From the NCBI GenBank assembly GCA_963804995.1, contig CAWDSK010000006.1, positions 2,080,001 to 2,144,000 of the forward strand: a stretch of 64,000 nucleotides of DNA, written 5' to 3'. Each line of letters opens with the position of its first letter. Positions within the stretch are counted from its first letter, which is position 1. Both the position numbers and the translations under genes were made by a program. The notes beneath the pieces are model-generated. The model saw nothing but the letters and a program-made list of their open reading frames with translations, was not told the DNA's origin and ran no database searches. Below are positions 9,480 through 19,782 of this stretch, piece after piece. Source of the DNA: an uncultured Acidobacteriota bacterium. Its GTDB lineage: Bacteria > Acidobacteriota > Terriglobia > UBA7540.

Positions 9480-10250
9480 ATGCGATTTGAAAAAGAATTG
9501 GAAGTTGCGCAACGCATCGCCGAACAGGCGGGGCGGCTGGCGCTGGAAAGCCAGGCACGTGGATTCCAGTGGGAAGCGAAGCCTGATGATTCTCCCGTGA
9601 CTGCTGTCGACCGCGCCAACGAGCGGCTGATCTGCGGGTTGCTCGAAGAAGCCTTTCCCGACGACGGCATCCTGGGCGAAGAGGGCGCGGCACGTGAATC
9701 GCACAACGGCCGCCGCTGGATTATCGACCCCATCGATGGCACGCGCGACTTTGTGAGGGGCATTCCCACCTGGAGCGTCATGCTGGCGCTCGAAGCGGAG
9801 GGCGAGGTGGTGGTGGGCGTGTGCCACCTGGCGGCGCTCGGGGAACTCCATTCCGCTGCCGCTGGTGTGGGAGCCTTTCGCAACGGAACTCGCATCCACG
9901 CAGCGCCCGCCAAAACGGTTGAGCAAGCCGTGATCTGTGTGACCGCTCTGCGAAACCTCAACGGGCGCGACTTCTCCGACAGGCTGATTCCCTGGATGTC
10001 CCGCTTTTGGGCAGTGCGAAGCATGGGCGGCTGCATGGACGCGATGTGCGTCGCCTCCGGGCGTGCCGATGCTTTTATCGAAGTCGAAGCCAAGGCTTGG
10101 GACCTGGCTCCGCTCAAGATCATTGCCGAGGAAGCCGGTGCGCGCTTCCTCAACTTCAATGGCAAGTCGAGCATCTATGGCGGCAACTGCGTGATCACCA
10201 TTCCTTCCCTCGAAGCCGAGATTCGCCGGTTCCTGGGCATTCCAGATTGA
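9480..10250 (+). CDS. inositol monophosphatase family protein (HisN-like possible)
   Basis: DDSPVT..D, GEE, WIIDPIDGT, WDLA...EEAG motifs. Confidence 0.9.
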   Translation: MRFEKELEVAQRIAEQAGRLALESQARGFQWEAKPDDSPVTAVDRANERLICGLLEEAFPDDGILGEEGAARESHNGRRWIIDPIDGTRDFVRGIPTWSVMLALEAEGEVVVGVCHLAALGELHSAAAGVGAFRNGTRIHAAPAKTVEQAVICVTALRNLNGRDFSDRLIPWMSRFWAVRSMGGCMDAMCVASGRADAFIEVEAKAWDLAPLKIIAEEAGARFLNFNGKSSIYGGNCVITIPSLEAEIRRFLGIPD

Positions 10251-10318
10251 ACCTGAGCGAGGGAAGACTCTCCCCTGCAACCTACCTCCGTGTGCCATCC
10301 GGCTAACCAGTCCATGCA

Positions 10319-10387
10319 GTAGAGGCGGCGGAACCTGTCCTGATCTTAACGGGACGCCGCCATATGGCGAGGTAAACTCGCCGCTAC
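10319..10387. repeat. GTAG-type REP doublet (family A, ...GGCGAGGTAAACTCGCCGCTAC)
   Basis: GTAG...CTAC ends; copies at 25085-25123 (inverted), 33500-33568 and a partial one at 48451-48477. Confidence 0.8.
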
Positions 10388-10480
10388 GACATCAGATTGA
10401 CCCTGCCATCCTCCCAGATGCTTGCATTGTGCAAAATGTGTATAATGGCGGCAGCCCCTCTCTACCTACAAGGAGGCTTT

Positions 10481-11701
10481 ATGCGAACATGGCAACGTGT
10501 GTCGGTGGCCATTTTTGTGTTGGTGCTCTTTGCGCTTCCCTCGTATGCCCAGAGCAGAACGTGCAGCGGCATGAGCATTGGACAACTCACGAGTCTGAAC
10601 GGCTTCGTGCCTTTCCCTGCCGACAATCTTTGGAACACGGATATCGCCAGTGCGCCTGTGGATCCCAATTCTGCCGCTTACCTCAACTTCATTGGAATGG
10701 CCACCACCCTGCACGCTGACTTTGGAGCTGGTACTTATAACGGCCAAAGCATCGGCATACCCTACCAGGTTGAGGCCAACACGCAGCCGTTGGTCAATGT
10801 CGCGCTGGGCGCCTATGCGAGTGAGAGCGACCCGGGTCCCATGCCGATTTCCTCCAACGCCCTGATTGAGGGTTACCCCAAACCCGGAACCGGCGACCGA
10901 CACGTCCTGGTGCTTCAGAACGGCGGTTGCTGGCTCTATGAGCTTTACAACGCCACGTTGTCGAAGAAAGGGGCTTGGAGCGCCAATTCCCCGGCCATCT
11001 GGGATATGTCCGCTGACGAGCAGCGGCCTTACACGTGGACCTCTGCGGACGCCGCAGGGCTGCCGATTTTCGTGGGGTTGGTGCGCTACGATGAAGTTGC
11101 CGCGGGCGCCATCAACCACGCCTTGCGCTTTACCGTGCCCACTACCCAGAAAGCATTCGTGCTGCCCGCCACCCACTGGGCGTCGACTAACACCAGTAGC
11201 AGCGCGCCTCCCATGGGTCTGCGCCTGCGTCTGAAAGCGTCGTTTGATATCTCCGGTTACCCCACGGACGACCAGGTGATTCTGACTTGCCTGAAGAAGT
11301 ACGGCATGATCCTGGCGGATAACGGCAGCGGCATCTTCATCAGCGGCGCCCCGAACAGTAACTGGAACAACAATGATCTCTCCCTGCTCAAACAAATCAC
11401 AGCGGCGAGCTTTGAGGTTGTGGAGACCGGAACCATTTATACCCCCTCCAATGTTCCCACTGGTGCGTCGCCTACGATTTCCAGTTTCACGGCTAACCCC
11501 CCCACGGCAACGAAGGGGCAGTTGGTAACACTCAGTTGGACAACCAGCAATCAGCTCTACAACATCATTTCGCCGCAGGTGGGGCCCGTGCGCGGGACAC
11601 AGATTATCATTCCGGCTCCCTCGTCCACGACCACGTACACTCTCTACTCCACCAACCAGTACGGACGGACGACGCAGACTGTTACTTTGACTGTCCATTA
11701 G
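10481..11701 (+). CDS. secreted hypothetical protein with C-terminal Ig/PKD-like domain
   Basis: AAGGAGG RBS, signal peptide, conserved-looking SADAAGLP..GLVRYDE...HALRFT core, S/T-rich beta-sandwich tail. Confidence 0.8.
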   Translation: MRTWQRVSVAIFVLVLFALPSYAQSRTCSGMSIGQLTSLNGFVPFPADNLWNTDIASAPVDPNSAAYLNFIGMATTLHADFGAGTYNGQSIGIPYQVEANTQPLVNVALGAYASESDPGPMPISSNALIEGYPKPGTGDRHVLVLQNGGCWLYELYNATLSKKGAWSANSPAIWDMSADEQRPYTWTSADAAGLPIFVGLVRYDEVAAGAINHALRFTVPTTQKAFVLPATHWASTNTSSSAPPMGLRLRLKASFDISGYPTDDQVILTCLKKYGMILADNGSGIFISGAPNSNWNNNDLSLLKQITAASFEVVETGTIYTPSNVPTGASPTISSFTANPPTATKGQLVTLSWTTSNQLYNIISPQVGPVRGTQIIIPAPSSTTTYTLYSTNQYGRTTQTVTLTVH

Positions 11702-11726
11702 ATTGAAATCAGTGGCAGGAAAAACC

Positions 11727-11753
11727 AGGGGCGCGGCATCTCGCGCCCCTTTT
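11727..11753 (+). terminator. probable intrinsic terminator
   Basis: AGGGGCGCG-loop-CGCGCCCCT followed by TTT just after the stop codon. Confidence 0.6.
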
Positions 11754-11792
11754 CCATTATTGAAACGTCGTCTTAACGAGGAGGAATGAGGA

Positions 11793-11998
11793 CTGGCGCA
11801 GACCCCGGCTCTTTGGGGTCTGCGATGCCACGAAGAGGCAGTGATGAATTGCGCGTCACACGAGGGGTATAGAATTGTCGTTAGGTGGACGATAAATGCG
11901 CTTGTAGAAGCGTATGGCTCGTTTCACTCTAAACACTGGCCGGGATGGTGTCCATGCGGGACATCGCAGACCCCCAAGAACCGGGGTCTGCGCCAGCC
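11793..11998. repeat. intact (intron-free) family D REPIN
   Basis: CTGGCGCAGACCCC..GGGGTCTGCGATG / spacer / CATCGCAGACCCC..GGGGTCTGCGCCAGCC. Confidence 0.88.
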
Positions 11999-12033
11999 GC
12001 CGTTCTCGGACGCCGCGGCAGCAAGTCCAGCGC

Positions 12034-13326
12034 TCACACGTTCGGGTCGCCGTGAATTTCCACTTCCTCGGGCTCGGGGGTTAGCTCCACGGCTGGAGGA
12101 AGCTTCCCCGCCCAATTCGCCCATGCCCAGAAGATTGCCGTGGTTGAGCTGAGGATGCCCGCCACAAGTCCGATAGTGCGAGGGCTATGGTATTGCGAGG
12201 CGATGCCCGCCGCCGTCATGGACAGGATCATGGTGGACCAAACCAGCGATTCCGTCGTGGAAAACACCCTTCCGCGGAATTCGTCAGGAACATGGCGGAG
12301 CAATTGCGAGGTGTTCAACACCGAACTGACGGCCGTGCCGGCGCGGGAAAGCGCAATGAAGAATAGCGCCGCCCCGAAGCGCGGCATCTGGCTGAACAAC
12401 ACATACGCGCCGCCGTGGATGACGTAGCAGATGGAGATGGTGCGTTTGTAATTTCCAAAGCTGAGGCGCTTTCCCATGTAATGCCCGAAGCCGCCTCCGA
12501 TCAGCAGTCCGAGCCCCGCGAAACTCCAGATGATCCCGATTCCCGCCGGGCCCCGGTTGAAGACCTGTTCCCCGAAAAGTGTGAAGAGGATTTGCGCCGC
12601 GCCTCCTCCCGTCGCCCAGCCCACCCCCACCAGCGCGATGCCCAAAATCAGGGGCGAGGACCGCATGTAGCGCAGGCCCTCTTTGTACTCATGCCAGGGC
12701 CGCACCACCTGCTCCTCAGTCAACGCCTCGCGCTTGGCCCGGAAGCTGCCGGCCACGCGCAATTGCCAGATACAGATTGCCGACGCCAGGAAGGACAGGG
12801 AGTTCAAAACGAACGCCCACTGATATCCCAGGCTCGCCGCGCTCAAGCCCGCCACCATGGTTCCCACGGTTATGGTGGTCCACTGCGTGGTCTGGGTCAG
12901 GGAGTTCGCGGTGTGCAGTTCCTCTCGGTTGGTGATGGTGGGCAGGATGGCTGTGCGGCCGCTGGTGAAGAACGGCGACGCGAACATCAGGATCGCGCTC
13001 AGCCCATAAAGCAGCGATGTTGAGGGATGCCGGACCGTGAGCACGAACGCCAAAGCCACCACGGTGCGGACGAGGTCGCTTGCGATCATGATGCGCTTGC
13101 GGTCGAAACGGTTGAGGATGACGCCTGCCAGCGGCCCCGCCATCACCGCCGGAAAGGCGCGCGACAGCATGACACCGCTTACCACCAGTCCGGAATGGGT
13201 GGTCTCCATCGCCAGGCTGAAAACGGCAATGTTGTTGAAATGATCGCCGATTTCGCTTACGACCTGCCCGATCCAGGTGTAGCGGTAGTTGCGGTTTTGA
13301 CGCAGAAGTTGGACAAAATCATTCAT
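12034..13326 (-). CDS. MFS transporter (MefA/EntS-like)
   Basis: About 12 TM helices; GQVVSEIGD, motif A G..(N)RFDRKRIMI..D, VPDEFRGRV. Confidence 0.9.
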   Translation of the reverse strand: MNDFVQLLRQNRNYRYTWIGQVVSEIGDHFNNIAVFSLAMETTHSGLVVSGVMLSRAFPAVMAGPLAGVILNRFDRKRIMIASDLVRTVVALAFVLTVRHPSTSLLYGLSAILMFASPFFTSGRTAILPTITNREELHTANSLTQTTQWTTITVGTMVAGLSAASLGYQWAFVLNSLSFLASAICIWQLRVAGSFRAKREALTEEQVVRPWHEYKEGLRYMRSSPLILGIALVGVGWATGGGAAQILFTLFGEQVFNRGPAGIGIIWSFAGLGLLIGGGFGHYMGKRLSFGNYKRTISICYVIHGGAYVLFSQMPRFGAALFFIALSRAGTAVSSVLNTSQLLRHVPDEFRGRVFSTTESLVWSTMILSMTAAGIASQYHSPRTIGLVAGILSSTTAIFWAWANWAGKLPPAVELTPEPEEVEIHGDPNV

Positions 13327-13647
13327 CAGTTCATCCGCCGTTGATTGCCGAAAAGGCGGGAATTCGTGCGGGTACCTGCCCCTGAGTGCAAGTCAGACCG
13401 GAACAATATTCTACAACAGCCTTCCGGCGTGCGAGTGGTTTATGCTCACGCGAGCGGAGAACTGGAACAGACACTAACGATAGGGATTTGGAATTATCGG
13501 CCCCGACCAGGGACTTGAATATTTTGCCCTCTCGGGAGAGAGGGTTGTGAATTCAAATCAACGTCCGCCCCTCATCCGACTATGGCCCCCCCTCGGTCGC
13601 CGTGGCGACATCGGGGCCGGATAAGGGGGGCCTGTCCCCGAGTTATT

Positions 13648-16353
13648 TCATCTCGGCAACTTTGCTTCACCAGTGATCTCAAAGTTCAAGCCGACGCCTG
13701 CCGCACTATCCGCAGGCTGAGCGCCACCCACGAAGATGCGGTATTTGCCGGGCGCGACCCGGTGTTCCCCCTGGTCATTCACCATGCTCAGGTCGCGTGG
13801 CTTAAGCGTAAAAGTCATGTGGCGGGATTGCCCTGGAGCAAGGTGGCAACGCTCGAAACCCCGCAGGGCCCGCAAGGGGGCCCCGGGCGTGGGCGGGAAC
13901 TCCAGGTAAAGCTCCGCAACCTCATCACCGGCAGGACCGGAAGTGTTGCGCACGTCCGCCTTAACGGTAAGTTCTTCTCCAGCTTTGAGTTGCGGTGCCG
14001 AAACTTTCAAATTGCTGTACTGGAAGGTCGAATAGCTCAACCCATAGCCGAAGGCATAGAGAGGCTTACCCTGGAAGTAGCGGTAAGTGCGGTTCTGCAT
14101 CGAGTATTCGTCAAAGGGCGGGAGTTGATCGAGGGAAGTGTAGAAAGTAATAGGCAACCGTCCAGCCGGATTATTAATTCCAGCCAGGGTTTCTGCAATC
14201 GCCGTGCCGCCCTCCTCCCCCGGGTACCAAGCTTCCAAGATCGCCGCCGCGTGTTCCTGCACCCAATTCACCGCCAGCGCACTGCCATTTACCAGAACCA
14301 CCACCAGAGGCTTACCCGTAGCGGCCAGGGCTTCCAGCAAATCCTGCTCCGCTTGCGGCAAGGCGATATCGGTGCGGTCGCCGCCGTTGAAGCCGGGCAC
14401 GTGGATGGGCATCTCTTCACCTTCGAGGTCCGGTGAGAGTCCCACGAAAGCCACCGCCACGTCCGAGTGCTTTGCCACATTCACCGCTTCTTCACGCAGA
14501 ACCTCCACCGGCGGTTGCCAGTTCAGAGTGACTCCGGCTGCCCACAGCACGGACTCATGCACATACTCCAGGCGGAAGGCGTGGGGTTGCTGGTCTGTGA
14601 AATGCGCCTGAAAAGTCGTGGGCGCGCCTTGCCGGACGTATTCGCCGATTACGCCCTCCAGCACCGATTTGCCGTCCAGGTAGACCCGATACGTTTCCTT
14701 ATCCTCACACGGCCAGCAATCCGGCTTGCTCACCGTGAACGAGTAATCCCCAGGTCCGGGCGGAGTCAGCGTGCCCGTCCAGCGCACGGCAAAAGCCTTC
14801 ATATCGACTCCCGGCGCGGGCACAGCCGAGTTCCAATCAAACTGGATGCGCGGGTCGACCCGGGTGAGTACAGGCTTCCCGGAGAAGTTGGTATTTGAGA
14901 AATACTCGGCTTTTAGGCCTTGGGAGCCTGTCACAAGGGAGGGATGGAAGACGGTTGTGGGGACCGGAAGAGGCAACTGGCTTAAAAAGGGAGAGCCTTG
15001 CGCGGTGAGAATATCGGCCTTGCCGACAAACAATTTGCGCATGCCGTCCAGAGGATAAACAGGATGAGACGGCACACCGTTGTAGTTGCCTTCGAGCGCC
15101 ACCAGAGACTCCGCGTCCGGTCCGATCACGGCGATGGTATGGAAGCTTGATTTCAGGGGCAGGATGCCATTCTGGTTTTTCAAAAGCACCATCGACTCGC
15201 GCGCCGCCTTCAAGGCCAGCGCCCGGTGTTGGAGTGAATCATTCTCTCGAAAGGGAATGCGATTGAACGCCACGGCGCTCGGGGGGTCAAACATTCCCAG
15301 GCGGATCCGGGCGGTGAAGAGGCGTTTCAAGTCGGTATCGATTTCGCTCTCCTTGATCAAGCCATCCTGCACGGCTTTGACCAGCGCCACGTATTCATGG
15401 CCGCAGGTGGTGTCTGTCCCGGCCAGTGCGGCCAGGGCGGACCCGTGCTCGTTGTCGGGCGTGAATTTGTGGCCCTCGGTGATGTCTCCGACCGCGCCGC
15501 AGTCGGAAGTTACGTACCCTTGAAACTTCCAGGCGTCGCGAAGCGTGGTTTGCAGCAGGAATTTGTTGGCGCATCCCGGCACGCCGTCGATGGAGTTATA
15601 AACGCACATGACGGAATCCGCGTGGCCCTCCACGACCGTGGTGCGGAAGGCGGGCAAGTAAGTGTCCTCCAGGTCGTGCGGCGAAACGTTGACGTTAAAT
15701 GTGTGCCGCTCCGGATCAGGCCCGCTGTGGACCGCATAGTGTTTGGGAGTCGCGATTGCCTTCAAGTACTTGGGATCGTCTCCCTGCACGCCGGTCACAA
15801 ACGCCAAGCCCAGCTTCCCGGTGAGAAACGGATCTTCGCCGAAGGTCTCCTGCCCGCGCCCCCAGCGAGGATCGCGGAAGATGTTGATGTTGGGCGACCA
15901 AAAATCCAGACCGTAGAAGATGCTATGGTTCCCTTCCCGCTGCGCCTGGTTGTATTTGGCGCGACCCTCGGTTGCGATAGTCTCGCCCTCCTGGTGGACC
16001 ATCGCCTGATCCCAGGTCGCTGCCATGCCGATGGCTTGCGGGAATACGGTCGCGTAACCCGAGCGCGCCACCCCGTGCAACGCTTCACTCCACCAGTTGT
16101 AGGAGGGAATGCCCAGCCGGAGGATTTCCGGGGACGTGTATTGCATTTGCTGAACCTTCTCATCCAGGGTCAGGCGTGACACCAGGTCGTCCACGCGCTT
16201 CTCAATGGGCAGCGCGGGATTCCGGAACGCGGGTGTAGCGTTTTCGGTCTGGCTCTGGGCAAAACCTGCAGGCATCAATCCGCAGAAGAGACCGAATGCA
16301 AAGAGCGCAGGAATAATTAATTGGCTAACCGAACGGTTCTTCGTCGTATTCAT
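13648..16353 (-). CDS. GH3 beta-glucosidase/beta-xylosidase with PA14 and Fn3-like domains, secreted
   Basis: WWSEALHG, RDPRWGRGQET, KHYA, nucleophile VTSDC, PA14 insert, EGEE, AWYPG. Confidence 0.95.
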   Translation of the reverse strand: MNTTKNRSVSQLIIPALFAFGLFCGLMPAGFAQSQTENATPAFRNPALPIEKRVDDLVSRLTLDEKVQQMQYTSPEILRLGIPSYNWWSEALHGVARSGYATVFPQAIGMAATWDQAMVHQEGETIATEGRAKYNQAQREGNHSIFYGLDFWSPNINIFRDPRWGRGQETFGEDPFLTGKLGLAFVTGVQGDDPKYLKAIATPKHYAVHSGPDPERHTFNVNVSPHDLEDTYLPAFRTTVVEGHADSVMCVYNSIDGVPGCANKFLLQTTLRDAWKFQGYVTSDCGAVGDITEGHKFTPDNEHGSALAALAGTDTTCGHEYVALVKAVQDGLIKESEIDTDLKRLFTARIRLGMFDPPSAVAFNRIPFRENDSLQHRALALKAARESMVLLKNQNGILPLKSSFHTIAVIGPDAESLVALEGNYNGVPSHPVYPLDGMRKLFVGKADILTAQGSPFLSQLPLPVPTTVFHPSLVTGSQGLKAEYFSNTNFSGKPVLTRVDPRIQFDWNSAVPAPGVDMKAFAVRWTGTLTPPGPGDYSFTVSKPDCWPCEDKETYRVYLDGKSVLEGVIGEYVRQGAPTTFQAHFTDQQPHAFRLEYVHESVLWAAGVTLNWQPPVEVLREEAVNVAKHSDVAVAFVGLSPDLEGEEMPIHVPGFNGGDRTDIALPQAEQDLLEALAATGKPLVVVLVNGSALAVNWVQEHAAAILEAWYPGEEGGTAIAETLAGINNPAGRLPITFYTSLDQLPPFDEYSMQNRTYRYFQGKPLYAFGYGLSYSTFQYSNLKVSAPQLKAGEELTVKADVRNTSGPAGDEVAELYLEFPPTPGAPLRALRGFERCHLAPGQSRHMTFTLKPRDLSMVNDQGEHRVAPGKYRIFVGGAQPADSAAGVGLNFEITGEAKLPR

Positions 16354-16629
16354 GTGAGTTACCTTTAGGTGAATTCAGCCGAACACTATCCTCTGGCAGT
16401 TTGCTGATTCCGGTCGCGCCGGTCACCGATTCCAAGGGGATTGCCGGTCGCGAGCCTACCAGCACCGGCGGCAGAATAGTGGCTGAACAGACCGGGTGAG
16501 TCAACCTGATTCGGCAGGGATAGAATAAGGAAGACTTTCAGCAAGGGTAGCCCAGATCGCTCCATGAGGAGAAATCCCTCCTAGCTTCTAACTTCTCACT
16601 CCTTCGCTTCTGCCCTTCCCGTGGGCACT

Positions 16630-17613
16630 CTATTTCACCAAAGCCCTAAAACTACTGACGCCTTCGGGCCGGGGGTTGGCGATTATGGAATCCAGGGCGC
16701 CGGTTATTCCCTTCAGGTAGCAATCGAAGAAGGCCACAGCGTACTCGGCGATGAGTGGCTGGTACTTTTCATTCAGGTTGGTCCAGGCGAAGTGGCCGGC
16801 GCCGCCAAACTCCACGTAATACTTGGGCGTCGAATTCAAATCGTAGGCGCCACCTGCGCGGCGGACCATGGGTGTGATGGTCACATCCATCGTGCCACCC
16901 TGATACATGACGGGCACGTCGAGGTGCGCCAGGTTCCCTTTCTTGAGAAAGGGGGCACAATAGGGTGACAAGCCCAGAACGGCTTTGATGCGCGGATCCT
17001 TCCAGGACGGCCACGCTCCCGCCACACCGAGGGCCGTGTACCCTCCCAGGGAATGCCCGGCCACGCCGATGCGGTTAGAATCAATGGGCACACCCTCAAA
17101 CGTCCCCGCCGCAAGAACGGCGTCCAGGATGGCTTTGAGGTCGGCAGCACGGTTCTTGTAGGTGGCGTCGCTCCACACATCGGGAAAGTTGAAGGGTTTT
17201 TCGGAGGGGGTGCTGTGGAGTTTTTCAAAGAGCTTGCCCGGATACCATCCCTCCTTTTCCCTGGCGCTGCCGCACCACGCGTCGGGATGATTGGGAGCAA
17301 GAACGAAATACCCGGCATCGGCAAGAGCCTCCACAAGGAGGATAGATTGTGTGTCGCATCCCGTGAAGCCATGGGAAAAGAGGATGAGCGGGTATCCACT
17401 GGGTGGGGCCGTGCCTACGGGTTTCCACAGAGCCACCCTGCGCCCCGCGATGGTGACCTCCGTCACCGGGTGATTCGTGCGGCCCACCATGGCGGTGAAC
17501 TGTTGAAATGCCATGAGGGCCCCACAGAGGATGAGAACCAGCGTAAGAAGAGAGAGACCGAGCCTCTTCAGAACAACCTTTCCCTTCGAGCGCCGATCCG
17601 CCAATATAGACAT
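16630..17613 (-). CDS. alpha/beta hydrolase (dienelactone hydrolase/PAF-AH-like), membrane-anchored
   Basis: FSHGFTG, GHSLGG nucleophile elbow, GTMD, AGHF. Confidence 0.85.
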   Translation of the reverse strand: MSILADRRSKGKVVLKRLGLSLLTLVLILCGALMAFQQFTAMVGRTNHPVTEVTIAGRRVALWKPVGTAPPSGYPLILFSHGFTGCDTQSILLVEALADAGYFVLAPNHPDAWCGSAREKEGWYPGKLFEKLHSTPSEKPFNFPDVWSDATYKNRAADLKAILDAVLAAGTFEGVPIDSNRIGVAGHSLGGYTALGVAGAWPSWKDPRIKAVLGLSPYCAPFLKKGNLAHLDVPVMYQGGTMDVTITPMVRRAGGAYDLNSTPKYYVEFGGAGHFAWTNLNEKYQPLIAEYAVAFFDCYLKGITGALDSIIANPRPEGVSSFRALVK

Positions 17614-17752
17614 CCGGAACTCCTCCGCCTCTGAGCGTACGCAAACTGACGCGCCATATCAAGCTATTGCCAGATTCGGATGAGGGCTGCGGTTATTCTC
17701 TCATGCGCAACAAAAAGCCGCGGACGCCTTCAACGCGTCCACGCTACGCTTG

Positions 17753-17983
17753 CTACAGATTCGTCCACTCTTCCACCGAAACCGCCCGCCCCAAGAGGAT
17801 CTCAACCTCCCGAACCAGCATGCGCAGTTGCGGGACGGAGTATTCGGAATTGGAGGGAATTGCCTGACGCTTCTGGGAGAAAACCATGAATTGGTGGCGG
17901 GTTCCTGAGAAGGGGCCGTCAAAACCCAGGCTACGAAGTTTGCGGATGAAGTCGCCGCGCTTACAGGGCGTCCACCGGCTCAC
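17753..17983 (-). CDS. hicA: HicA family mRNA interferase toxin
   Basis: 76 aa; 'FIRKLRSLGF...GTRHQFM...IP...LRMLVRE' HicA pattern; overlaps the upstream HicB gene. Confidence 0.85.
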   Translation of the reverse strand: MSRWTPCKRGDFIRKLRSLGFDGPFSGTRHQFMVFSQKRQAIPSNSEYSVPQLRMLVREVEILLGRAVSVEEWTNL

Positions 17984-18233
17984 GAGAGGGCTCCTTGTTC
18001 AGGTCGATTCCCTGGAGAACCGGCAAGGGATGTTTCAGTTGGAGCCCCACCAGTATCCAATCCTCCAGTGTGGAGCGCAGTTCGTTCTCACATTCCCGCA
18101 GCGAGCTTCCAAAGACAATGACTCCCGGGCAGGGGGGAATGCGACCAGCGTAGCTTCCATCTTCCAACTTCTCGTAGGTAGCTTGCGCCAGGGCCTCTCC
18201 AACGTAATCACTCAGCACAAACCGTGGAGCCAC
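17961..18233 (-). CDS. hicB: HicB family antitoxin (short, no C-terminal DNA-binding domain)
   Basis: 'YEKLEDGSYAGRIP..PGVI.FG.SL.EC...L...LEDWI' HicB pattern; GTG start inferred. Confidence 0.85.
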   Translation of the reverse strand: MAPRFVLSDYVGEALAQATYEKLEDGSYAGRIPPCPGVIVFGSSLRECENELRSTLEDWILVGLQLKHPLPVLQGIDLNKEPSREPVDAL

Positions 18234-18339
18234 GCGACACCTCCGCCTCTCTGTCCAATTATACCTTTTCCTAACCAAAGGCAGTGCAAACTTGTTCTCC
18301 AAACCGGTAGCGCTTCCGCGACTACCCTTGATTTCCCGC

Positions 18340-19047
18340 CTGCAACCGGTGCAGCAGGCGGATTTGGCCGGCGTGGTAGATATGTGCGTGGAGGAGACCG
18401 TCGAAGGGGGATACGCGTATCGTTACGGCCTGCGGGCGTGGGATCCGCAATACGTCATTCGTCACTTGGTCAACTACACCCTGAAGACGCAGATGGAGGC
18501 GGCCACCGCGCATCAGGAGCGGACGAAGGCCCAGGGGCTGCGCAACTGGATCCTCTGCCTCTTCCCCATCGCGGGATTCGCGCCGGACCCGGTGCAGCGT
18601 GAGTGGGAAGAGAAGACGGGACTCCGCATGGCCTGGGCTTCCGGTGGTTCAGCCTTGTTCGGCATGGCCTTGGCCTTTGCGCTGCGAGGTGCTTCTGAGG
18701 ATTCACGCTTTGTTGCCGTCGTCTACTACCTGGCCCTGGAATCCTTTGCGCGGCTATTCTGGACCGCCATCTCCCGCCGACCGCACGGGTCATTCTTGCT
18801 GACATTGCCGTACATTCTGTGGCAAGGGCTGAAACAAATGGGGCCGCCGAAGTCCGCGGAAGACGCGGGCGCAGTGCACATGAAGAGACAAGATGAAGTG
18901 AGTTGAGATCCGGGCAGAAATTCCCTACGAGTTCGCCCCTGGTATTTCGACACCACCCTGGCTGGGTCAACTCTGGTAGGGTTTAAGGAATGCGAGAACG
19001 GTAGCCGCGCGCTATTTCGGAGCGCAGCACGGAGAATCCGCATGTGA
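18340..19047 (+). pseudogene. fragment of an unknown membrane protein gene
   Basis: Coding-like ORF with TM segments and no convincing start; in-frame TGA at 18904-18906, after which the frame stays open to 19047. Confidence 0.45.
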
Positions 19048-19148
19048 AAAGTCATAGGAAAATAACGCATGAAGGTGGGGAATTAAGTGGGACCTCGCTC
19101 GCTATGCCCCGCGGAGAGCAACAAGTGGGACAGTTCCACACATTGACA
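19045..19148. repeat. dispersed ~105-bp repeat (family I); second copy inverted at 52664-52763
   Basis: 45-bp core 19087-19131 is identical to the reverse complement of 52678-52722; flanks similar. Confidence 0.85.
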
Positions 19149-19522
19149 TATAGTCGCGAACACACAAAGGTTGAGTCGGAGAGCACGCCCTTTCCAGCCT
19201 GACCTTTACACCCCTGGTCGAGGCGGACGTGCAGATTTTTCGCTTCCAGTCCTCACGCCAACGGTACTAAGAACCGCATCCCTAAGTGAATTGACCTTGC
19301 CAATGACCGTTCCGGGTAGGCGCTCTCCAAGGCTTGCGGAGATAAGGATTCCGTGAGCCTGGCCGGTGGCCTGGGCTGAGATGGGCCGCCCCGCTGGGGA
19401 TGGGAAGACATAGGGGCAGGCCTCGCCCTACGGCGCAAAGCCTTCGGGTAGCAGGCCATCCTATGCCCAAGCTCCGGACGGCAGGCCCAAGCCATCGGGC
19501 GACGGGTCGTGCCTGCCCTCAC

Positions 19523-19745
19523 CGTCGGCAGGGCCGACTTCAGGGCACCCATGAGGGGCCCCTACGGTCTGGTAGCCACGGTCAGCGTTTTCCTGACCGT
19601 GGGCCTTTCTCACGCGCAATACCACAGCCACATTTGACCAGGGGTTTTGGGATCAAAGGAAAATCCCACGGACAGAGAAGCACTGTCCGTGGCTACCCCC
19701 TCGTCGGCAGGGCCGACCTCCGGGCACCCATGAGGGGCCCCTACG
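19523..19745. repeat. GGTAGCCACGG REPIN (19571-19697) flanked by 44-bp direct repeats ending CCCCTACG
   Basis: Direct repeats at 19523-19566 and 19702-19745 (2 mismatches); REPIN homologue at 48239-48429. Confidence 0.85.
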
Positions 19746-19782
19746 CTTGCGGCCCCTACTGCGCCTCAGATAGACTTGACTC

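Noticed and set aside
18904..18906. Selenocysteine read-through of TGA
   Set aside because: No redox motif or evident SECIS; a Trp-to-stop change in a decaying gene is simpler
19143..19356. ncRNA or small gene downstream of TTGACA at 19143
   Set aside because: No matching -10 element, and no recognisable RNA family or coding signal
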